This document shows, piece by piece, positions 20,774 through 32,300 of a stretch of 54,311 nt of DNA. The position numbers and the translations under genes are program-made. The notes beneath the pieces are model-generated. The model made no database searches and was not told the origin of the DNA. It saw nothing but the letters and a program-made list of their open reading frames with translations. Position 1 is the first letter of the stretch. The number at the start of each line of letters is the position of its first letter. The stretch is from Promethearchaeota archaeon (GTDB taxonomy: Archaea > Asgardarchaeota > Lokiarchaeia > Sigyniarchaeales > SOKP01): the NCBI GenBank assembly GCA_008080765.1, contig SHMU01000004.1, positions 1 through 54,311 on the forward strand, in the 5' to 3' direction.

Positions 20774-21293
20774 ATCTGAGATATATTACATATTCTAAAT
20801 TTATTAAGTATAGATTTAATTCATTATTTACATTACTACTTAATTTATAGCAAAATCAAATTATATACTGATTTGCTTCACTATTTCAATTTAAGAAATA
20901 CCTCATCGTTATTAGTCATTATGCTTATGATTCCTAACATTCTTCCTAATTATCTTCATTATAATTTGGAAAATCAAAAGTGATCAAGATTTTAGTATTG
21001 AAAGTATTTTGAAACACTAGCACCGAGAGGAGCTGGATTATTGTTTCTATAAAGACTGCGCCGTGTGGTGTTTTACAAGATCTCTAGACATATTGCTTCC
21101 CATGGTCCCTATAGTAAAAATGAACTTAATGATCATTCAGCAAAACACAAAAGGGAGTCATATAAGATATAATGAATAAAAAAAAAATATGATAATAAAA
21201 ATTTAAAAAAACTTAGGGTTAAATGATCCTCATTGTAATTATTTGCTTTCCTTTTGAGCTTTTATCTTTGTATCAGTGTATCGTTTTAGGCTT

Positions 21294-23837
21294 TTACTCC
21301 TTTTGTTTCCGTTTCTTAATTGAGTTTTTTCTTTTAAATTTCTTGCTGTCCACTGTATATCCCAGCTTTGACTTAATCGAATCCATATTAGCTTTTAACG
21401 CCTTTTTACTCTTTGGTGTGGTGCGTTTTTTAATAATTGATGTTTTCACTTGCTTATTCAAGGATGAGGATCCTCCCGCAATAGCACAAACCACACCCAA
21501 GGCAATCCCACCTGTTAAGATATAAGTTTGAGCTGTTTGAGCAGGATATAGTTCATCAGTAAACTTGCTGGCTAAATGCTGTGGTACTATACCACTTCTC
21601 TCATACCATACACTTGGCATCACTGTAGAATTTATATCTGAAGTGAAAAATTCATCGGAAGTCAAATTAAAGTTCACTTGAATTCTCTGTCGGGCATTCA
21701 TTGTTGCTCCAGAAATTGGTTCCACATCTATAAATGTTTCATGCATCATTCTGTCTGGATTTACTCCTTCTACTGATGTAATTACGCTCGGATCTGCATC
21801 GAGGAAATGAGGTTTGCTTACAAGAACGGGAGCTCCTTTGAATCGTTCAATAGGTTGCGCGTTGATTAATCCTTGCGTATTCATATAATATTTCTCATTT
21901 GGAGCAAAAGTACTTGGAGCAAAAGTGAATCTGTTTAACTCCACGCCATAGATGGAGGTCTTGCCAACATATACCATGTCAATAACTCGCATTAGATCGG
22001 GATTAAAAATTTTTGGGGGAACTATCCCGGTTGTTCCAGGTGAATTATACATCCCTAAGGAACCCATCACTTTTTCTGGTTGCTGCCAAAGATCTATAGT
22101 TGATTTTCCATCATATTTAACGATTTGATTAGCAAGTTCTTGACTATAAAGACCCGAATATATTGTAATGGGTTTGATACCCACTTCCCGTGCTTCTTGT
22201 TCTGTCTCAATATCTTCAAAGAAATTCACGCGAGACATAGAAGTGTCCCCTCCAGTTGCATTCATGAAATTGTAAATTGCTGTATCATTTGCTTCAAAAA
22301 GCCATTCTTCAACCGTTCGACTAATGATTGGTCCGCTGTTCCATTGACTCGTTTGAAAAGATACCGCATTTGGCATCCAATTAGAGATACTATAGTTTAT
22401 CCAAGCAAGAATCTTTTGAAGCTGGAAAGAGGTAATTCCAAAATAGGCCATTAAGTTTGCTCGGGCTACTGAGCCTTTGGAACCATCTAAGAGAGCATCA
22501 ATCCAAATTGGATTTTCCAGATAATCCATACCCGTCAATGAGAAAGGATCATTTTCATTCCAGAGAGCTTTACACTGGTCATAGATTATACCTGTTCTTC
22601 CAATTTCATCAAATTGCGAATAATTCATTTGAAGTCCGGAGTAAGTTTCACCCACAGTTCTCGTAAAATTCTTGATATATCTCCCCGTTTCTATAAATAT
22701 TGTATTGGTAATATTCAAATCCGCCTCTGGAGGACCTGCTATCCCGCTCAGTCCAAATTCTATATCAATTCCAACTCCACTCGCACTACCAGAATCATCA
22801 AGCATTTCTGCATTTTTCTTGCCGATTAAAGCATTTTGGGCTGCTCGAACCCCATCATCTGATAATGCTTGAGCAGTAAGATTTTCTGCGCTATCTCCCA
22901 ACATTGCTTTTGTTCCCGGATCCATAGTTTCAGGCATATCACTTGCAGTCCAATTAATATTATCCAATAAATAGGAAAAATTACCACCAAATTGAGCATA
23001 GGAGTCATTTGCCCATTCGGCATAGAATGCTGTTTCCCATTCAGGTAGTCCATTTCTTACAAAAGTTTTAAGAACGGAAGTATTAATTGTACTAAAGAAT
23101 ATATCTGCAGTTGTAATATTGTAGTATTCATAGATCGGCACGGATATCCCAAGAGGTTTCGCATCCTTAAGCAGTTCTGTTTGAGTATCTTTAATCCAAG
23201 TATCATTTCCAACGAGATCATTAATGGTGTCTGTATAAATGGTTTGAAAGGTGTCTTTTACTTGAGTGAGTACATAAGGCAATTGCATTTGCAAATAATT
23301 GCGCTCAGAGCCTCCCGCAAGGGCTATACCCCCAACAAACGCGGGATTCAAATTAGTTATATACACCTCTGAGATATTCTCCCCATCCACTTGCACATAA
23401 TCTATATATTCTCTGTAAGTGATCTCGTTAAATAATGCATCAGAGTAATGATCAAACTTATATGACCACGCCCGAAACACGAAGGGACCAATCTCCATAT
23501 AGATAGGTTTCTCAGTTCCACTCATAAATTCATCAGGATTTGTTAAATTCCACATATAATATGAATAAAATTCTGGAGGCGCTCCTGGATATTTATTTGT
23601 GAGAAATGTATAATAGTTCGATTCTAATAATGATGGTACCAGAATCTGATTATTTATTTGTGAATCAATTTCATCCTGGATAAATGAATTGAGAAAGATT
23701 GAGCCCGGGATTAAGGCAAGTCCGAGTATCAATACGCCAATTGCAGCCGCTTTACTTTTTTTACCCGGTTTTTTCACCGATTTTGTGAATGTTTCTGGTT
23801 TTATAGGTTTAATAGTTTTTTTCTTTGATTTCTTCAT
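21294..23837 (-). CDS. CD36/SR-B/LIMP-2 family scavenger-receptor-like membrane protein (paralog 1)
   Basis: N- and C-terminal TM helices; WNLTNPDEF..KPIYMEIGPFVF; RTVEEWLF; PVLVSKPHFLDAD..GVNPD..HETFIDVEPISG...RIQVN. Confidence 0.87.
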   Translation of the reverse strand: MKKSKKKTIKPIKPETFTKSVKKPGKKSKAAAIGVLILGLALIPGSIFLNSFIQDEIDSQINNQILVPSLLESNYYTFLTNKYPGAPPEFYSYYMWNLTNPDEFMSGTEKPIYMEIGPFVFRAWSYKFDHYSDALFNEITYREYIDYVQVDGENISEVYITNLNPAFVGGIALAGGSERNYLQMQLPYVLTQVKDTFQTIYTDTINDLVGNDTWIKDTQTELLKDAKPLGISVPIYEYYNITTADIFFSTINTSVLKTFVRNGLPEWETAFYAEWANDSYAQFGGNFSYLLDNINWTASDMPETMDPGTKAMLGDSAENLTAQALSDDGVRAAQNALIGKKNAEMLDDSGSASGVGIDIEFGLSGIAGPPEADLNITNTIFIETGRYIKNFTRTVGETYSGLQMNYSQFDEIGRTGIIYDQCKALWNENDPFSLTGMDYLENPIWIDALLDGSKGSVARANLMAYFGITSFQLQKILAWINYSISNWMPNAVSFQTSQWNSGPIISRTVEEWLFEANDTAIYNFMNATGGDTSMSRVNFFEDIETEQEAREVGIKPITIYSGLYSQELANQIVKYDGKSTIDLWQQPEKVMGSLGMYNSPGTTGIVPPKIFNPDLMRVIDMVYVGKTSIYGVELNRFTFAPSTFAPNEKYYMNTQGLINAQPIERFKGAPVLVSKPHFLDADPSVITSVEGVNPDRMMHETFIDVEPISGATMNARQRIQVNFNLTSDEFFTSDINSTVMPSVWYERSGIVPQHLASKFTDELYPAQTAQTYILTGGIALGVVCAIAGGSSSLNKQVKTSIIKKRTTPKSKKALKANMDSIKSKLGYTVDSKKFKRKNSIKKRKQKE

Positions 23838-23910
23838 TTTTATTTCGCTATAATTTTTGAATTAGTTTTGATTAGATCAAATTCTATCAATATAATCAGC
23901 AGAGGTGGTC

Positions 23911-23976
23911 ATCACCATAGCTGGTGATCGATAGTGATCTGTCATTAATTATATATCTATTAATGTCATATATAAA
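23911..23976 (-). promoter_or_regulatory. TATA box and palindromic operator upstream of CD36-like paralog 1
   Basis: ATCACC-N6-GGTGAT followed by CGATAGTGAT (23911-23938); TTTATATA on minus strand at 23969-23976 with purine-rich BRE-like flank. Confidence 0.7.
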
Positions 23977-24058
23977 CCTTTCCCTTTATGAATTAGAGAA
24001 TTAGAGAGCCTTTTCTGGTAAAAAAAGTCAATATTACTAAATAGGTTAAAAAGAACTC

Positions 24059-24099
24059 ATACAAAATTAAAAAAATACAAAATTAAAAAAATACAAAAT
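24059..24099. repeat. 16-bp tandem repeat (ATACAAAATTAAAAAA) x2.5
   Basis: Read directly; T-rich on the minus strand. Confidence 0.75.
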
Positions 24100-24189
24100 A
24101 AACAAGAGAAAGAGGAAAAAATAAAAAAAATCCAACTTGACAAAGTCAACCACCCGCAAATAACTTTTTTTAGTTCCATCCTTTACTCC

Positions 24190-24400
24190 CCCAGCATTAT
24201 GCCTGAACTCTTTATGATCCGGATCATCCCGGTACTCGCATAAAAAAATAGGCGTCTGGAGCTGTCGACCAATCCTAATCCTCATGGGTCATACCCGATT
24301 AAAAAACTGAGTCGCATGTTCCGGAATGTGAGTCTTAAAACTCCTTGCTACCGCGCACCTCGTTCGAGAGAGGCGGGAGGAGGCAAGAATAAGACGAAAT
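24190..24400 (+). ncRNA. Candidate IS110 bridge RNA (non-coding end)
   Basis: Two stem/internal-loop/hairpin units (24197-24243 and 24332-24395) plus a middle hairpin (24276-24301); strand assumed. Confidence 0.55.
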
Positions 24401-24430
24401 TACACATAAAGAATACACAAAGGGAGTAAC

Positions 24431-26207
24431 ATGAAAAATAAATCAGACAAGAACACACCAAAAGGGATAAAAACGCCCAACGGTTCTCGTAAGTTTGCGG
24501 GCTTGGTTATCCCAAAAGAGGAACTCGTTGAGCGTGCCGAACTCAGTAAGATTACTTCAGCAAATTTATATAAGTTATTGCAGCATAAAAATGTTCCTAA
24601 TCGGTCGAAACTATCCAAGAAGGGACAGAGAATTAACGCGTTGGTAGGAATGGTTACATACGGTGATATCGAAGAGAAGGGGTTTTCAATAAATATACGG
24701 AGATCACCCCAACTAGAAGTCAGCAACCCGAAGCATGATAGAAAGAGAAAGGAAAAGGAAAAGGAAAAGGAAAAGGCTATAGGGAAGGGAGTTCGGTTTG
24801 CATGCGATGTTGGGGGAATTGATGTGCACAAGTCCACGCTTGTGGTAGCTATTGCGAATACTAAAGGTATAAAAGTCCGTAAAACTGTGCCTAATGATGA
24901 GGCAGGAATTACAGATCTTATCCGATTCTTTACACATTATCGGGTAACCCACTGCGCTTTGTAGTCCACCGCTGAATATTGGCTAAAAGTCTTTTGGCTG
25001 CTTACCGAGGCACGTATTAAGGTTTTAGTGGCAAATCCGCTCCAGACAAAGACTACGCAAGGAAAAAAAGACAGATAAAGAAGATGCCGATAGGATCGCG
25101 CTTGCATTTAGGGATGGGCGCTTAAAGCCTTCTGTGGTCCGTAACGCGGAACAATATTCCATGCGTAAATTGAACCGAGCAGCCCTTAAGAAGACCCAAC
25201 AAGCAACAGCTTCCGCAAATCGGCTCAAAGCAATGGAGGAGATATACGATGCGCCTCAATGGATAAGCACCCTCTGCAAATCAGATCGGGGGCTGTGAAT
25301 CCTATGGAAGGCGCTCCAACTTAATGATGAAAGGGAAATTTTCAACGTTTTAGCTGAGGAATATGCACATGGGAGTCATAAAATTAAATCTGAAAAGGCG
25401 CTTCGGAACAGAGCCCAAGATCTTGCAGCTTTCTTAACTGTTATAGATATTAACGCCAATAATCGGTTAATCTACGCACAGCATATTGAAGATTATGTGA
25501 ACGCGAAACGAATCGCAAAAGAATTTCGGGTAAAGGTTTTAAAGTTTGGACTGGAACATACTGCCGTGAGCAGCCAGTTTAAGACTAATTTAGAATTGTT
25601 ATTGAGCGTTCCTGGCGTGGATATTGAGACCACTCTAACGATTGTAGTTGAAATGGTAAATGTTGATTTCTTTTGGAGTCCTAAAGGACTAGCTAGATGG
25701 GCTGGGCTTCCGCCCACTGTAAAACAATCGGGCTATCGAAAGCGAAGAAATGGGCACATTTATAAGGGAGGAAATAAGTGGCTCCGCACTGCGGTATGGT
25801 TAGCGGCAAAAAGCTGCTATATTCATTTAAAAGATACCGATGAGCCTGTCGGGAGCTTTATTAAGCGCTTATACAAAGAACGGAATAAACACTTTCTTGT
25901 AGCCGTCACCGCGGGTTCTCGGAAGCTCCTAACTTATATTTACTATGTATTAAAAAGCCAGAAGCCCTATGAAAAAGTAGTAGAAATTCAGCAGAACGAG
26001 CAGAGAAAAGTTAAGAATAAACGGAAATTGGCGAAGCTTCATAGATTAATGAATAATTCATCTCTTTCCGAACTTTTACCCCTCGTAGTTAAATCGCTGA
26101 AGCGAGAGCATAATAAACTGAGCGAAACGGAAAAGGAATTAGCATATGAAATGGCATGCAATTTAAATGTGATTCCAAAAGGATTTTCTCCTAATGAGTA
26201 CGGGTAA
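24431..26207 (+). pseudogene. IS110 family transposase/recombinase pseudogene
   Basis: GIDVHK, AL*STAEYW (TAG 24962-24964), VANP, KTDKEDA after a +1 frameshift in the A-run 25063-25069, TGA at 25296-25298, SVPGV, WAGLPPTVKQSG. Confidence 0.9.
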
Positions 26208-26382
26208 ACACTACTCTGTATTCCTTTCAAACTACATGATATAAAACAAAGGTTAATAGAATTAGGGAGTGTGTTAATGTAGTTGATAATAAGATTATGG
26301 TACAGTTAAAGAGAATCTGTAAACACTAAAAAAAATTAAAAAAAGAAATAATTTGATATTAATTAGTTTGTTATTATTGTAT

Positions 26383-29300
26383 CTAGTGGGTTCTAAATCG
26401 TAATTTTCTGCGATAGAAATAGAATACTAGTAGCATAGCTGCAGCGATAGTTGAGAATAGCAGCAATGTTGGATAACCAGGAATTCCTTCCGTTGGTGGA
26501 CGGAAAATTGGGAAGAATGGAGGGACCCATAGAGGCTCCTCTACAGTAATCTTAATGATTACACTTTCCTCATTTCCATGAGCATCCTGAGCAACAATCT
26601 CAAGCCAATATTCTCCAATCACCAAATCAGAATTGTTTGATATGACTCCGGTGTGTGGGTCAATTTGGAAATTCGCAGTGTCATTGATTGAATAAATCAA
26701 TGGTGCCGCAAGATCCTCAGCATTCACATCGTAATTAAATGAATCTCCAAAAACAATAGTTTGATCTTTAGGAATGGGATCCCAAATTGGATCTATTGTG
26801 TCCTCCACAGTAATTTTGATTGCTGCGCTATTTTCGTTTCCAGCAGTATTATTTACAGAGACTTCCAACCAATATTCACCCACCATAAGTGCAGAAAATC
26901 CTTCGGTTATCAATCCTATATTAGGATCAATCTGGAAATTATCAGTATCATTAATCCAATACTGCTCTATTCCTACAGCACTATCCGCATTTACAGTATA
27001 ACTTAATCCTTCTCCAAATTCAATTGTCTGATCTACAGGTTGAGGATTCCATAGTGGAATATCAATTGTTGTAACAGTAATTGTAATAGGAGTACTAATA
27101 TTATTAGGACTGGCTGCTGCATCGGTTGCGATTACAGTGATATCGTAGGTGCCTTCCCCTAACGGGGTTGAATTGGTAAGGACTCCAGTAACAGAATCAA
27201 TATCAAAAGAGCCAGCATCGGGACCGGAAATCAAATAGCTTATCGGTGTGGACAAGTCATTCGCATTCACATCCTGATTGATTTCTGTATCAGGTGCTAC
27301 TACTTGATCTACGGGTGGATTCGTCCATGCTGGTGCAATAGTATCTTGTACCGTAATGGTAATTGCTTGCTCGATGTAATCGGAGGGATTCGTTGCATCT
27401 TCGGCACGTACAGTAATCGAATACACATCTTCTGCCAATGCCCCGTCGTTCGTTATTTCACCGGTTGAATCAATATTAAAGAAGCCCGCATAGGCTCCCG
27501 AAATCGAGTATACAACACCATCAGCATCTTCAGCATTTACAGTATAGCTAAATGGATCTCCAAGTTCCACAGTTTGGTCTTGCGGTGTTGGATTCCAGTA
27601 AGGCTCACCCATAGCAACCGTAATCGTAATAGGAGTACTAATACTATTAGGAGTGGCTGCTGCATCAGTTGCGATCACAGTGATATCGTAGGTTCCTTCC
27701 CCTAACGGGGTTGAATTGGTAAGGACTCCAGTAACAGAATCAATATCAAAAGAGCCCGCATCGGGACCGGAAATGGAATAGCTAATCGGTGTGGAGAAGT
27801 CGTTCGCGTCTACATCCTGATTGATTCCATTGCCCAGCTCGATTGTCTCATCAACGGGTGGTGTTGTCCATGTTGGTGCAATAGTATCTTGCACCGTGAT
27901 GGTTATCGGTGAATTAATAGAATTGGATTCCGCATCGGTCGCGGACACAGTGATATCATACATACCTTCACTTAATGCTACCGAATTGGTAAGAACACCA
28001 GTATTAGGATCAATGGTAAAAGAGCCCGCATCGGGACCGGAAATGGAATAGGTAATCGGTGTGGACAAGTCGTTCGCGTCTACACCCTGATTGATTCCAT
28101 TACCCAGCTCGATTGTCTCATCAACGGGTGCAACAACCCAAGTAGGTGCGGTAGTATCTTGCACCGTAATGGTTATCGGTATACTAATACTATTTGGAGT
28201 GGCTGCCGCATCGGTTGCAATCACATTAATATTGTAGGTGCCTTCTGTTAAAGGACCAGAATTGGTAAGAACACCAGTATTAGGATCAATGGTAAAAGAG
28301 CCCGCATCGGGACCGGAAATGGAATAAGCAACAGGAGTAGAAGGATCAGTCGCATCCACATCTTGATTGACCCCATCTCCAAGTTCGATTGTCTCATCGA
28401 CGGGTGCAACAACCCAAGTAGGTGCAGTAGTATCTTGTACCGTAATGGTAATTGCTTGCTCGATGTAATCGGAGGGATTCGTTGCATCTTCGGCACGTAC
28501 AGTAATCGAATACACATCTTCTGCCAATGCCCCGTCGTTCGTTATTTCACCGGTTGAATCAATATTAAAGAAGCCCGCATAGGCTCCCGAAATCGAGTAT
28601 ACAACACCATCAGCATCTTCAGCATTTACAGTATAGCTAAATGGATCTCCAAGTTCCACAGTTTGGTCTTGCGGTGTTGGATTCCAGTAAGGCTCACCCA
28701 TAGCAACCGTAATCGTAATAGGAGTACTAATACTATTAGGAGTGGCTGCTGCATCAGTTGCGATCACAGTGATATCGTAGGTTCCTTCCCCTAACGGGGT
28801 TGAATTGGTAAGGACTCCAGTAACAGGATCAATATCAAAAGAGCCCGCATCGGGACCGGAAATCGAATAGCTTATCGGTGTGGACAAGTCATTCGCTTCT
28901 ACATCCTGATTCAATCCATTTCCAAGTATAATAGATTGGCTAACTGGAGCAGTCGTCCATGTTGGTGCAGTGGTATCTTGCACCGTGATGGTTATTGGGG
29001 TACTAATGTTATTTGGAGTGGCTGCCGCATCGGTTGCAATCACATTAATATTGTAGGTGCCTTCTGTTAAAGGACCAGAATTGGTCAAGACACCAGTATT
29101 AGGATCAATGGTAAAAGAGCCCGCATCGGGACCAGAAATGGAATAGGTAATTGGTGTGGACAAGTCGTTCGCGTCTAGCTCCTGATTGATTCCATTACCC
29201 AGCTCGATCATTTCATCAACGGGTGGTGTTGTCCATGTTGGTGCAATAGTATCTTGCACCGTGATGGTTATCGGTGTATTAATAGAATTGGATTCCGCAT

Positions 29301-32300
29301 CGGTCGCGGACACAGTAATATCATACGTACCTTCACTTAATGCTACTGAATTGGTAAGAACACCAGTATTAGGATCAATAGTAAAAGAGCCCGCATCGGG
29401 ACCAGAAATGGAATAAGTAACAGGAGTAGAAGGATCAGTCGCATCCACATCTTGATTGACTCCATCTTTAAATTCGATTGTCTCATCGACGGGTGCAACA
29501 ACCCAAGTAGGTGCACCAGTATCTTGTACCGTGATGGTTATTGGTGTACTAATGCTGTTTGGAGAGGCTGCCGCATCGGTTGCGGAAACTGTGATATCAT
29601 ACGTACCTACACTCAGCGCTACTGAATTGGTAAGGACTCCAGTATAAGGATCAATGGTAAAAGAGCCCGCATTGGCTCCCGAAATAGAATACGTAATCGG
29701 TGTGGATAAATCAGTTGCTTCCACATGTTGATTAACCCCAGTGCCAAGCTCAATCGTCTCATCTACAGGAGCAGTCGTCCATGTTGGTGCAATAGTATCT
29801 TGCACCGTAATGGTAATTGCTTGCTCAACATAATCGGAAGGATTCGTTGCATCTTCGGCACGTACAGTAATCGAATACATATCTTCTGCCAATGCCCCAG
29901 CGTTCGTTATTTCACCGGTTGAATCAATATCAAAGAAGCCCGCATCGGCACCAGAAATCGAGTATACGACACCATCAGCATCTTCTGCATTTACAGTATA
30001 GCTAAATGGATCTCCAAATTCTACAGTTTGGTCTTGTGGTGTTGGATTCCAGTATGGTTCATCAACAGCAACCGTAATCGTAATAGGAGTACTAATACTA
30101 TTAGGAGTGGCTGCTGCATCAGTTGCGATCACAGTGATATCGTAGGTTCCTTCCCCTAACTGGGTTGAATTGGTAAGGACTCCAGTAACAGAATCAATGG
30201 TAAAAGAGCCTGCATCGGGACCGGAAATGGAATAGGTAATCGGTGTGGACAAGTCGTTCGCGTCTACATCCTGATTCACTCCATTTCCAAGTACAATAGA
30301 TTGGCTAACTGGAGCAGTCGTCCATGTTGGTGCAGTAGTATCTTGCACCGTGATGGTTATCGGGGTACTAATGCTATTTGGAGTAGCTGCCGCATCAGTC
30401 GCGGAAACTATGATATTATAAGTACCCTCTGCTAATGCCACAGAATTAGTAAGAACACCAGTATTAAGATCAATATCAAAGATGCCAGCATTGGCACCAG
30501 AAATTGAATAGGTAATTGGAGTGGACAAGTCGTTCGCATCTACGTCCTGATTGATTCCATCACCAAGCTCGATTGTTTCATCAACAGGTGCAACAACCCA
30601 AGTAGGTGCGGTAGAATCTTGCACCGTGATGGTTATCGGGGTACTAATGCTATTTGGAGTAGCTGCCGCATCGGTTGCAATCACATTAATATTGTAGGTG
30701 CCTTCTGTTAAAGGACCAGAATTGGTCAAGACACCCGTTCCAATATTAATAGTGAAAAAACTGGCATCGACACCGGAAATCGAATAGGTAATTGGAGTGG
30801 ACAAGTCGTTCGCGTCTACATCCTGATTGATTCCATTACCCAGCTCGATTGTCTCATCAACAGGTGCAACAACCCAAGTAGGTGCAATAGTATCTTGCAC
30901 CGTGATGGTTATCGGTGAATTAATAGAATTGGATTCCGCATCGGTCGCGGACACAGTGATATCATACGTACCTTCACTTAATGCTACCGAATTGGTAAGA
31001 ACACCTGTATTAGGATCAATAGTAAAAGAGCCCGCATCGGCACCTGAAATTGAGTAAGTGACAGGCGTAGAAGGATCAATCGCGTCTACATCCTGATTGA
31101 TTCCATCACCAAGCTCAATTACTTCATCGACAGGAGCAATAACCCAAGTAGGCGCTCCAGTATCTTGCACCGTGATGGTTATCGGGGTACTAATGCTGTT
31201 TGAAGTTATTGCTGAATCTGTTGCAATTACATTGATATCATATGTAGCTACACCTAATGCTACCGAATTGGTAAGGACTCCAGTTACAGGATCAATATCA
31301 AAAGAGCTTGCATCGGCACCGGAAATGGAATAGGCAATCGGTGTGGACAAGTCGTTCGCGTCTACATCCTGATTGATTCCATTACCCAGCTCGATCATAT
31401 CATCAACGGGTGGTGTTGTCCATGTTGGTGCAATAGTATCTTGCACCGTGATGGTTATCGGTGTATTAATAGAATTGGATTCCGCATCGGTCGCGGACAC
31501 AGTGATATCATACGTACCTTCACTTAATGCTACCGAATTGGTAAGAACACCTGTATTAGGATCAATAGTAAAAGACCCCGCATCGGGACCGGAAATGGAA
31601 TAGGTAATTGGTGTGGACAAGTCGTTCGCGTCTACATCTTGATTGATCCCATCTCCAAATTCGATTGTCTCATCTACAGGTGCAACAACCCAAGTAGGTG
31701 CACCAGTATCTTGAACTGTGATAATAATCGGCGTATTGAGAGCATTAGATTCCACATCGGTTGCGGAAGCTGTGATATTATACGTACCTACACTCAGCGC
31801 TACTGAATTGGTAAGGACTCCAGTTACAGGATCAATATCAAAAGAGCTTGCATCGGCTCCCGAAATGGAATACGTAATCGGTATGGATAAATCAGTTGCT
31901 TCCACATCTTGATTAACCCCAGTGCCAAGCTCGATCGTCTCATCTACAGGAGCAGTCATCCATATTGGTGCAATAGTATCCTGCACCGTAATGGTAATCG
32001 GAGTGTCAAGTGAATTAGAATATGAATCAGTTGCAGAAACTGTAATATCATATGTACCTACACTTAATGGCACCGAGTTTATGAGCAAGCCTGTGTTAGG
32101 ATCAATATCAAAGGAGCTTGCATCGGCTCCCGAAATAGAATACGTAATCGGAGTAGAAGGATCAGTCGCTTCCAAATCTTGACTGACCCCAGTGCCAAGC
32201 TCGATCGTCTCATCTACAGGAGCAGTCGTCCATACAGGGGGTTCTGTATCACTAGGTGCTGTTTGCGCAGTGATTGCGATACTAAAACCTTCCTTGCTAA

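Larger units (their letters stand above)
24130..26250 (+). mobile_element. IS110-family insertion sequence, decayed; boundaries approximate
   Basis: DEDD recombinase pseudogene plus a long structured 5' non-coding end; no terminal inverted repeats or target duplication evident. Confidence 0.8.

Noticed and set aside
20780-21290. Intergenic stretch with a somewhat GC-richer patch at ~21015-21160
   Set aside because: Frames are interrupted, with no recognisable motif or convincing RNA structure; may be a gene remnant but is unsupported
24962-25298. In-frame TAG/TGA as pyrrolysine or selenocysteine recoding
   Set aside because: The TAG replaces a catalytic Glu and co-occurs with a frameshift; simple pseudogenisation explains it
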